Below, one piece after another: positions 11,240 through 20,830 of a stretch of DNA of 32,000 nt. Position numbers and translations under genes: made by a program. Position 1 is the stretch's first letter. The number at the start of each line of letters is the position of its first letter. Source of the stretch: Wallemia ichthyophaga EXF-994 (taxonomy: Eukaryota; Fungi; Basidiomycota). Location: contig NW_008806279.1 in NCBI RefSeq assembly GCF_000400465.1, positions 116,107-148,106 of the forward strand. Reading direction: 5' to 3'. Under the pieces are notes generated by a model. The model saw only the letters and a program-made list of their open reading frames with translations. It was not told the DNA's origin and searched no databases.

Positions 11240-12644
11240 ATGACTTCACTCTCCACGTTATTCACAACCGGCGCACACAGCAAGGCGCACGACGCGCTGA
11301 TAGGCAGGCTGGAAGAATCCGATGCGGGATCTTCCGAAGCCCAGCGGGAGAAAGCGGCGCTGCTGCAGTTGCTCGCTGGCCAGACGGAGAGTGGGCAGAT
11401 AAGCGAGATACTAATAATGCTAATGAACGCGGATATCTACGACAACACGCGCGGCACATACGACACCATGCATAGCGCACTATACCCCGCCATATCACTA
11501 GCAGAGCGGGGCACACTGCGCGAGAAGCGTGTGGGATATATGTACATAGCACAGTATGGGCAGGCGCACACGGACGATCTCCTGCTGCTCGTCAACACAC
11601 TCTCGAAGGATCTGAGTAGCGGGTGCATTCCGCGCGTACTAATGGCACTGCACCTCGTTATACACCGCCCTTTCTCGCAAGTCGTCCCGGCCGTGAGCAA
11701 GACGATGGTGGCGCTGCTCCATCACTCCACCTCTTTAGTGCGAATACGCACCGCGCAGGCCATATCCCGCCTTTTGTCTGTAGGCGACGGCGGGTTTGAC
11801 GGGGATATTCTGCGTGAATGGTGTGATGATAACGAGGATAATAACGGTAACGATAACGATAATGATAACGATAACGATAACGATAACGTTCATGAGAATG
11901 AGATTGGCGACGGCTGGTTGGTAGCGAAACTCCACCTCAGACGACAACTAGATGAGCAGCCCAGACAGGCGATATACGCACGCAAATTACGTCATCTAAT
12001 AGATAGCCGGGATAGTCACGATAGTCACGATAACCAACAAAACAACAGAGACACTCTCGCACTACATCCTCTCTACACACTGCACCTCTTACACACACTT
12101 GCACGACGCCTTGAGCAGCCAGTGCAACCTGGGCAAAATGAGGAGCTCGCAACGATACCCACAAAGGAGCTCCTGGAGCAGCTGAGTACGACCGCCTCGC
12201 CCTACAAACACGCTATAGGAGTGGAAGTGATGAAGGTGATAGCGATGGTAGCGGTGAGGGGAAATGCAGCGGACAACGCGGCTTTTCTCCCTCTTCTCTC
12301 CACCTACATCGCCCAGTTAGTGGGAGACACACGCGCAAACACCCCCAACCACAGACACGGTGTGCTGGCACACATACTCGCCCTCCCGCCCCACACTGCC
12401 AACAGTATCCTGGGCGAGAAGGAAACAGTGTATGTGATGGAGACTCTCGATCACCCCGATTACAGCTTGCGCAGGAAGGTATTATGGACGCTAGTGCTAA
12501 ACATTCACACTCACACTCGCACAGGCCGCACATGTGCTCAAACATGTCAACATACACATCCTCACTCAATACCATCGCCTCCTCCACGCTGCCAACCCGC
12601 AACGGGCGGCGGAGCTGAGCGATCTTGTGTGCACAACCGAATAG
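11240..12644 (+). CDS. Adaptin N-terminal (ARM/HEAT) protein resembling a truncated AP-4 epsilon subunit
   Basis: EKRVGYMYIAQ and DLLLLVNTLSKDLSS...VLMAL resemble AP-4 epsilon (EKRVGYL...LLLLVNT..KDL.S). Intron 12479-12524 gives the end RRKAAHVLKHVNIHILTQYHRLL...VCTTE*, rather than the read-through ORF end at 12706. Confidence 0.65.
11826..11888 (+). repeat. GATAAC/GATAAT hexamer microsatellite encoding an Asn/Asp tract
   Basis: gataacgaggataataacggtaacgataacgataatgataacgataacgataacgataac; translates as DNEDNNGNDNDNDNDNDNDN. Confidence 0.85.
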
Positions 12645-12741
12645 AGACGCTGTGTGCATATATCGTAACGATTGTGTACTTTGTTGAGGTATATAATATA
12701 AAATAGTAGATAGTCATGCTAGTCGTGCTAATTAGTGAGGA

Positions 12742-15436
12742 CTAAAACTTGTCCAGATCAATCAGCTCGAATTTGAGAGGCTCGAATGGATAACCCTCAG
12801 CCTTATAATGTTTGCCATTAGCCTCGACCCTGCAAGCACGAGTGAGTGAGGGATGCGCAGAATAATAAAATATCCAACCTACCAATGCAGACGGAGAGCG
12901 TGCAAAAAGGCAGACATGCCCTCCATGAGACAGAGGATAGCGATAGTGAGTACGAACCAGAATGTACCAGCGAGGGCAAGAGCTACAGCCCCCTTCACCC
13001 CACTGGTCGCCAAAGCTGGTGCGAGTATCATAGTCCACAAGACCTCACTGAGCTGGGCGTGCGCGAGCGACAATGCCCATAAACGTAAATAAGATGCCTG
13101 ACGGGGGAGTGTGAGTGCGTGTTAGGAAAGAAAATAGCCCACCAACAGTATTGGAGATGCAACCCAGGACGAATTCGATAGTGTGGATGATCTGATGGAT
13201 AGCCACATCGCCAATTGCAAACTCGTGCGCATGGTCGTGATCACCATCGCCGCGCTCACTCGCAGCTGAGGAACGGAGGTCGTCGGCGTCTGCTCCTGCA
13301 TCCTCACCCTCACTGACACCCGCATAGCCCGCACCCGTCGTCCGCACATGCTCCTTCCATTCAAGGTAGGGCTTCGCGAGAAGCATCCACGGTACGCACA
13401 CGGCCGCAATGAGAAGCAGAACCACTTGCACAAAACCTTGTCCGCGGAACAGCTGCTGCGAAGGATCGAGACTGCCAGGACTAAGGAACATGTAAATAAG
13501 CATGTTGAGCAGCCCCGGTGGGCCGTGCTCAGAGCTACTCCAGTCTGTGCACCACTTCACCACTATACATACCACCAGATAACCGAAAATTGAATTGAGG
13601 AAAAGCATCTGCGGAAGCCACTCAGCTACGATGTACTCCGGCTTCTTCTCGCGCAGGTAATTGGGTATGTTGAGACATATGGCGAATGACATGTGGATCA
13701 CCCCCATTACTATCGACATCTTCATCTTGAGCGAGTTGGTAAATACTAGACTGTTCTCCGCTCCGTGCCAAGCTGGGTCTAGACCGAATATGTACGGGTC
13801 GCGTACTTGGTCGGCTTCAACTGTGCTCTGACCGGGTGATGGATCCGGGAAGCTGAACGCTGACGTGAAAATGTGCAGGCTGCGACTGAACATGTCATTG
13901 TAGAGCAGTCCAGTGTAGATGGAAAATGCACCCATGAGGAGAATAATATAGCGGCCGCCAAAGAAAGTCTCTGACATTTCATCCAATTTTCTCTTGGATA
14001 TACTCTTCTCAAAGTAAACCAATATTGCCGCGGTGAGAAAGACAAGTATACCATGACCGATATCACCAAACATGACGGCGAATAGGAAGGGGAAAGTGAT
14101 AATAGTGTACAGACCAGGATTTACCTCCTGGTAAGTAGCGATACCGTATGCGTCGACAATGTTTTGGAAACCCTGAGTGAATTTGTTGGTACGGTGGTAA
14201 GTAGGTGGCATACGCTTTGCTTTGATTTCGTCGACGATGGGAGACACATTGGAGTTAACGTTGGATGAAGCCCTCTTAAGAGCCTGCTGGACAGCGGTAA
14301 TTTCATGAGATGGGACCCAACCTTCTGCCAGTAAAGTGTGGTGTCTTTCATCGTAGTGAAAAAGATTCAAAGTCGCGTATACAGTCTTCTCCTTTCTGAC
14401 AATTGAAGACCAGGTCGCGATGTCAGAAGCGATAGTAGACAATTCAGTGCGACGAGATTGAGCAGTGTGGTAAAGGATAGTGTGCATATCCTCAATTTGC
14501 TGATTGAGTAGAGACAAAGCTTCAGAACGACGATCAGAGTTTGAAGAGATGGAAAAGGTAGTTGCACCCATTCCATCACCAACTTTACGAATTTTGTTGA
14601 GTAGCTCTTGACCATCAGCGAAAATGATGAAGATAGATTTGTTTGAATTGTCTTGTGCGCTATTTGCACCGTAAGGGAGGGTGATTTGATCCAAGTCATT
14701 GTGAGTCATGTAGAGGTTACCTCTAAGGACTCTCCAAAGAATACGTTCAAAGGTAGCCAATTTTGATCTATCGATCGTACCAACGACGAAATCCAATTCA
14801 AGGTTAGCAAAGTGGCTGGATTCAGATTGAATATCATTATCGTGGTTTAATAAAGGACTGCTGTCTTCGTGGAGAGAGGAGTCATCGATAGAAGATCTAA
14901 TATCGTCTTTATAGTTGCTATTAACGTTGTTAAAGAAGGTAGAAACTTCTCTAATTGCTTGTCTAGTCTCCTGTAGCTTGTAGCAATCCAAGCTGAGAGA
15001 TTCAAATGACGTATTGAGCTGTGATAGTCTATTATCGTGATCACCCAGTTTAACATGAATCTCATCAAGCAATTGAGGACCTTGGTGGGATCTATCCAAT
15101 TCGATCGACTGATCAAGGTCAAATTCGAGAATATTCTCAATTTGACGAATTTTAACGTTATCTTTGTGGATTTGAGAGATAAAAAAACGTAAAGATGTCT
15201 CCATTTGATCAATACGCCTAATTTCGTTCGTAAAGCTGCGTTGGAATGGATTTAAGTCTGGATTGAGATCTCTGAACTGGACTAAACCGAGATCTCCCAA
15301 GTGAAGTACGCTATCGTGAGCAATCTCTGTGGGTACGTAGAACTGAACAAGACTGATATCTTCTGAGCCTGGAGATGGAGATGAATAAAGAGATGAAATA
15401 AATAATTAAAATCTTACGAAATAAAGCGGGTGGCAT
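12742..15436 (-). CDS. VPH1: V-type proton ATPase V0 subunit a (Vph1/Stv1 family)
   Basis: Spliced start [17 protein letters not shown]; motifs [64 protein letters not shown] and [10 protein letters not shown]. Introns at 15369-15417, 13098-13146 and 12830-12884. Confidence 0.97.
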
Positions 15437-15525
15437 ATCCATCATCAGCTAACCCAGATGAACGTGTCGAGTCAACCACCAACTAGTTTTGAAAGATAAA
15501 ATTTAAAATCAATTATAACCTGGGA

Positions 15526-16683
15526 ATGGAAGAGTTTATTAAATTGGCTAAAAACAAAAAATTAAATTTACCCGCAGAGGCTTTTAATGATAGTCCATTT
15601 ATGGCTATTTGTGGGATTCTTGCAATTCACAAGCGAGCGCTGAGTCCATTAGAGATTGCAAAGGAGCTTAAACAGAGGAATTGGAGTGGATTTAGTGGAA
15701 ACGCACCAGCTACCTCGATAAATAATATATTTCGTCACAGGGAATCAACAAATATTATCAGAAAGCATAAATTATCTGGTACTGCGAATGATGATAAAAT
15801 TCTCCCTCACATTGGCATCTCTTCAAACGTATCTACTAAATCAAATAGAGCAGGCGTAATTTACTTTTTAAACTGTGAAATTTTTGATCAGAAATCTCCT
15901 TGGGAAGCCGCAGGTGTTATAGATCCATATAGGAGCTCCAAACCTACACACAGTTCAAACCCTTCAAATCCAACAAAGAGAAGATTTTCAGACAGAATAA
16001 CTAATCAACCAATCAAATCTAGAAAATTAACGAAGTACCCGATTTCACCTGCTAACAGTGATCATGAAGATAAAAACCCACAAACACATCGTAGACTGAG
16101 ATCTAATCACACCGTCGACATGAACCTTGACCTCTTGGATGACTTACCAAAACCATCCTCAAAACCTAAGAATAGGTCAAATAAACCTGCAGTCGTCAGT
16201 GATAATCCTGTTCTTACTCCTCCTTCACCTCCCCAATCTCAAACTTCTCAACAACAAGACGATGACTTTCTGGTTTCAATCATGTCACCTTCGGATAACT
16301 TTTCAGATCCACCAGGCTCACCAGACTTACCAAAGTCACCAGGAAGCACCGACCAAAACGCCCACCAAAACACCAATTACCAACCACATAAATCTACAAA
16401 ACTTGCCAGCATGTCATCACTCGAGAAAGAACTCGATGAACTATCACCGCTATCCAACCAAATGGATTGCGTTGAGTCGAAAGATGACGTCATATGCAAC
16501 TTAGCCACTCCACCACTGTCACCAAGACTATCTGACGATTTATCAGTCGATGCTCTCGAAGAGCTAGACACTCTTTGGACACACCAAGTTAATCGCACTC
16601 GCAGAGCAGATAGCTTGGTTGACAGAGACCTTTTCAACAGCTTGAACTATGTTGAATCTATCAGAGCTGCAGCTAGGCAGTAA
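15526..16683 (+). CDS. GDS1-like protein: N-terminal winged-helix (HARE-HTH-like) domain with a Ser/Pro-rich disordered tail
   Basis: AICGILAIHKRALSPLEIAKELKQRNW...APATSINNIF and KHKLSGTANDD...AGVIYFL resemble basidiomycete Gds1-type WH domains (recognised from memory). Basic NLS-like segments are present. Confidence 0.55.
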   Translation: MEEFIKLAKNKKLNLPAEAFNDSPFMAICGILAIHKRALSPLEIAKELKQRNWSGFSGNAPATSINNIFRHRESTNIIRKHKLSGTANDDKILPHIGISSNVSTKSNRAGVIYFLNCEIFDQKSPWEAAGVIDPYRSSKPTHSSNPSNPTKRRFSDRITNQPIKSRKLTKYPISPANSDHEDKNPQTHRRLRSNHTVDMNLDLLDDLPKPSSKPKNRSNKPAVVSDNPVLTPPSPPQSQTSQQQDDDFLVSIMSPSDNFSDPPGSPDLPKSPGSTDQNAHQNTNYQPHKSTKLASMSSLEKELDELSPLSNQMDCVESKDDVICNLATPPLSPRLSDDLSVDALEELDTLWTHQVNRTRRADSLVDRDLFNSLNYVESIRAAARQ

Positions 16684-16874
16684 TGGTAGTGTATTACTAC
16701 GACATGATGCTTATTATTTATGACTATGACAGATTATGACAGAATATATACTAGATCACTACTCCAGCTTAAACCAATTTGTATTGCACTCTGTATAACA
16801 AACAATTGACTCTATTTGATTCTTGTATAACATGATTCAAAAAACAAATCAATGAGCTTCTTCATTATTTCAGC

Positions 16875-17379
16875 TTAGCTAGTCAGAACTGTTGTGAGGG
16901 TTGTTTGTGAGTGTGTGAGAGCAGAAGCCAGCCAGCACTCACGCGTAAGAACGACGTCTCCGTGGAGTTTAGCCTGTGTGAGAGTGTGAGATGAGCCCGC
17001 TTATCCCACAGACAACTCATTGATGTAAATTTCGAGGTCCTGCGCTTGTCTCAGTTTGTGCTCTCCTCGTCTTCTAGCTTTCTGCTTACCAAGTTGAGAT
17101 CGAGACGCAGTCCGAGTGCATCATCTCTCTCTTCCTCCTGCGTGACATTTCTACTCTCTTTGAGTGGCCCGCCGTTCTTGTCGGCGGTGAGGTCCGTGTG
17201 TGTGGGACCGATAGCCTGTCTGCCGAGTTCTGCGTAGCTGTCGGAGTGTGAGCGTGTACTTGTGCATTGAAGTATGCCTATGTGATCCTATTCGTACTCC
17301 ACACTCACCTTTCCATCAATCCCCTGTCGATTCTGCTAACATCGACATTCTCTTTCTGTTTGCCTTTCTCAAGCGACAT
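16875..17379 (-). CDS. Uncharacterised small protein (about 94 aa), paralogue A, 5 exons, contains an AT-AC intron; absent from the ORF track
   Basis: Exons 17379-17309, 17237-17090, 17039-17021, 16975-16943 and 16888-16875. Three introns are GT-AG and one is AT-AC. Product: MSLEKGKQKENVDVSRIDRGLMESYAELGRQAIGPTHTDLTADKNGGPLKESRNVTQEEERDDALGLRLDLNLDLEIYIKAKLHGDVVLTLLTS*. Confidence 0.8.
16976..17020 (-). other. Predicted AT-AC intron (45 nt) with a U2-like donor
   Basis: Minus-strand sequence ATGAGTtgtctgtgggataagcgggctcatctcacactctcacAC. Removing it gives atc a|ag gct aaa ctc cac gga gac (IKAKLHGD). Confidence 0.8.
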
Positions 17380-17557
17380 GCTTCTGCTTAGCGTATTGAT
17401 GCTTGCTAATGGCTAAAAAGCGTCTGGAAGTTCCCCTCGGCCAAGGCAGGGGGGTGACGTACAGGATGTGAAAAATTGACTTCATTTGAACGAAGGAATA
17501 AATCATCAATGTCATGCCTAAATCGTTACAAATGTGGTGCTATAGCTATCCTTGAGC

Positions 17558-18160
17558 CTATGCGAGAAGCTTGAGGCACACATCGCCGTGCAGTTTCGCC
17601 TGTGAAGTGATATGAGTGAGAAGGAGGCTGTGCAGCGCAGCACTTATTGATGAATATCTCCAATTCTAAATTGAGGTCTGTGTCTATGTGAATATGTGCG
17701 TTGATACAATCTACTCACACCCACCGAGTCTCAGCGATATGGGATTGTTGCCTTTGTCGTTCTTTTTGCCGGTCTGAACGGCACCTTGAACGCCCTGGAC
17801 TGCTTGTACGGCTGGCTGAGCAACACTGGTAGCTTCTTTAAGAACGTCCAGTGGCTGCTGAGTTACATCGACCGTCTTGCTGGCTGTGTCGACGACTTGG
17901 CCAGTCGTGTTGATAACGTTGGTGGCATCAGAGAATGTCCCAGGAGCTGATTTCTTGCGTTGCTTGCGTGGTGCATTCTTCTTGGCTGGCTGGGTTGGCT
18001 GCGATGGGTTTCCTTGCTGTGAATCCTCTACAGTCTCAGCAGCCGCCTCAACCGTCTGGTTCGGTGAAACAAGCGTCTCATTTACCTCATACTCGCTATC
18101 AGATGCACTTAAAGAGTAGTCGACTTCTTCTGCCATTTCTGTCTTACCGTTTGAGCTCAT
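17558..18160 (-). CDS. Uncharacterised protein (about 169 aa), paralogue B, 3 exons, contains an AT-AC intron; low-complexity N-terminus
   Basis: Exons 18160-17725, 17677-17648 and 17601-17558, with a GT-AG intron at 17678-17724. The C-terminus ...ISLRLDLNLELEIFIKAKLHGDVCLKLLA* matches paralogue A. Confidence 0.8.
17602..17647 (-). other. Predicted AT-AC intron (46 nt) with a U2-like donor
   Basis: Minus-strand sequence ATAAGTgctgcgctgcacagcctccttctcactcatatcacttcAC. Removing it gives atc a|ag gcg aaa ctg cac ggc gat (IKAKLHGD). Confidence 0.8.
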
Positions 18161-18477
18161 CGATGCGGGTGAAACAGAAGGAAAAGTGAGAAGATATTGG
18201 TATGATAGAATTATATTCGACTAATTGTACAACAATGCATGTCTTGAATGCATGGGATGTGTGGGTGTGTATGAGTGATCATGTATCTGTCTGTCACGTC
18301 AGCAATGCCGCCATATACCTCCTTCAACCACAGCAACGCAAGTAGTTCAGACGGAAGGCAACAGTTTACGGGTGGTCCACATGGGGTTTTGCGCTCTTGG
18401 TTTTACATCCGTGTATTAACATCCTCACATACGTGCTGTGGTGGGTGGAGTGAAAAATTTCACTCACAATGGATAAA

Positions 18478-18829
18478 CTAGAAACCAGTTGGATTAGTGC
18501 GCTGAGTGAGTCTAGTCCACTTGGGCACCTTATGAACACCTTTACGATAAGTGGGGGAGTTCTTGTTGAATGTAAAGTACTTGTCACGAGGAGGCATGCT
18601 AGACTCAGAGGGAAGACCACTAGCTACGTCGAGCTGCCTGAACTGCACGCCAGAGTCTTTAATAGCTTGAATGTTTTCATCGACATCCCTCAGTCTCTCC
18701 CTGACTCTAAATTTCCTAGTGGATGACAACCTCCATGGAATTTTCCTGGGCTAGCTGTGAGCGTGGTGTGGGTGCGTACACACCAACTCACCTAACTAGC
18801 CCGCCTAAGTTTACACTTGTGGAGAACAT
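18478..18829 (-). CDS. MRPL31: Mitochondrial large-subunit ribosomal protein L31 (mL60)
   Basis: With the intron at 18746-18791 removed: MFSTSVNLGGLVRKIPWRLSSTRK...PRDKYFTF...YRKGVHKVPKWTRLTQRTNPTGF*. Confidence 0.92.
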
Positions 18830-18904
18830 GGCTGTTGATGGACAAGAAGAAGTCGGTGATACTTCAAAACTTCAAATAAAACCATCATTAGGGTTAAATT
18901 GAAA

Positions 18905-19252
18905 ATGATTAGAAATTTACTTGGAAGGCGGCTATTTTCCACTAGCAGAGCTTGCTGTGAGTGGCGTGTATTGGTGTAGTGTACTCAAACTCACACAGAT
19001 GCCCCAGTCGACACACAGAAATCAAGCTGCGTTGCGGGCACACCACTGCCTGGATTACAGATACTCAAGGATGACGTCGAAAAGGTCGCCAAGGAAGACG
19101 AAGCGTATCCTGATTGGCTGTGGACTGTACTTGAACCTAAAGATGCCACTGCCCCAGGCGATCAGACCTTCAATCCCGCGGAAGAACGCAAAAAGATCAA
19201 TAAACAGCATAAAATAGACATAAAAGCAAAGAATTTCTTAAAATCTACATAG
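18905..19252 (+). CDS. MRPL37: Mitochondrial large-subunit ribosomal protein L37 (mL54)
   Basis: With the intron at 18957-18998 removed: a presequence, then KSSCVAGTPLPGLQILKD...DEAYPDWLWTVL...IKAKNFLKST*. Confidence 0.88.
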
Positions 19253-19278
19253 ATTTGTACTTTTATTCAAAAACACTG

Positions 19279-20187
19279 ATGAGCTTGATTTTGGGATGTT
19301 TTAGAGCTGCACGTAGCACACATGCACGCTCTTTCTCCACAGCTTCCACTCTCCTCAAAAAGAAAGCCGTAAAGACCTCAGCTGCGAAATCTACAAAGAA
19401 TGACGCCGTCAGGGCAGATTCCACCGTCGTACTCCCAACTAAAGGGAAGAAACAAGACAAGTCACGAGACTGGGAGGAGGCTAAAGTAGAAACCACCCAC
19501 CAGCAGGAGGAAGCTGAGGGTTCCTTCGATCTCAGTTTCAATGACTTCACCTCGAAGCAGAACGATATCACAGCCAAGTGTAAAAAGGATCTCGAAATAC
19601 TGGTTAATAGGGTCGGAAGAGTCACCCCTGATCTCCTCGACTCTGTTCGTGTTGAAATTGATAAAGAAATGTTTAATTTGCAGTCGGTAGCTTCTGTATC
19701 CGTCAAGGATGGCAGTAGTTTGCTAGTGTCGGTGTTCGATTCTTCTGTGGGTTGATATGGGCTGCTATAGGCTGCTATATTCTGCCAGCCATTACTTACA
19801 ACCCAAAAGATGATCAGGGACGTAGAAAAGGCCATATTCGCTGCTAATCTAGGTCTCACACCTCAAAAGATTGCCGAAAACGTCCTCAAATGTCCGGTGC
19901 CCAAGTGAGTCGCCACTACACATCACACGCAAACTGATTACTTACCCAACAGACCTGCAGCCGACACAAAAAGTAAATTGGCCAAGGAGGCAGCAGGAAT
20001 AGCTGAGAACGCTCGCATCGCCTTGAGGCTACGCAGGCAAGCCTTGCAAAAGACAATAAGCAAGCAAAAAGATGGCAAAGCGTCCGGAGATTTGCGCACA
20101 ATCGACAAAATGATGGACGAGGCGACTATTGCACACTCCAAAGCGGTTGACGATCTTGTACACAAAGCTCAAGCTGCACTTGCATAG
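19279..20187 (+). CDS. RRF1: Mitochondrial ribosome recycling factor
   Basis: Has a presequence, GRVTPDLLDSVRV, LLVSVFD/MIRDVEKAIFAANLGLTPQ, PVPK/PAAD and ENARIALR. Introns at 19747-19809 and 19905-19952. Confidence 0.88.
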
Positions 20188-20830
20188 CTTCTTATAATAA
20201 ATAGTTAAAATATCTCTCACCTGCCTCTTTTGGCATTTTAAAAAAACCGCTCACCCATTTCCACACCCCCAATCCTGAGAATCTCGGTTCGCGAATGCCA
20301 GCAGTGATGCGTAATAAAGAAGTAGAAAGACTAAGGTCGTAGAAAATAGGCTTTTAAAAATAGCTCATCTTCGGCATCTCTTTGGTGTATATTTCGTTGG
20401 TATTGGTGAAGATATCACAGACTTTGGCTCTTACTCTGATTATCCGTTATACGTCGCACACGTTTGGGAATTGTGTGGATACTGGTGCGTTGCACACTTT
20501 ATGCGCACTCAAAGGTGCTATGTACATCAAATCTGACAAACTAGACGATCTGATGGGCACGCAATCTGACTGAGACATTGTCTGGAACTTGAAACAATAG
20601 AACGCTGCAAAGTAATTTTCATGACCCTTATATTAAATTTGAGTAGGCCGCGAACTTTCTTCAGATCAGCCATCTCGCAAAAAGCTATATGGCAGTTTGC
20701 GTAAAACCCTTTGTGTCCTATTGCCCTAGCAGCGACGAAAGGAAATCTGCAACAGCAGACCGTGATAGCTGGTATGATGCTGTGAGCGAGACGCTCCGAG
20801 CCATTCAATCGACATATTAATCAAAACCAA

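Noticed and set aside
12525-12706. ORF-track C-terminus of the adaptin-like protein
   Set aside because: It comes from reading through a canonical 46-nt intron. The spliced frame ends at 12644.
17602-17647. Interpretation as a broken GT donor (indel or pseudogene) in paralogue B
   Set aside because: The independent paralogue A shows the same AT...AC configuration at the same codon, which two random lesions are unlikely to produce.
20280-20300. GGTTCG resembling a tRNA/Pol III B-box
   Set aside because: It does not complete the GGTTCGANNCC consensus, and no cloverleaf or A-box is evident.
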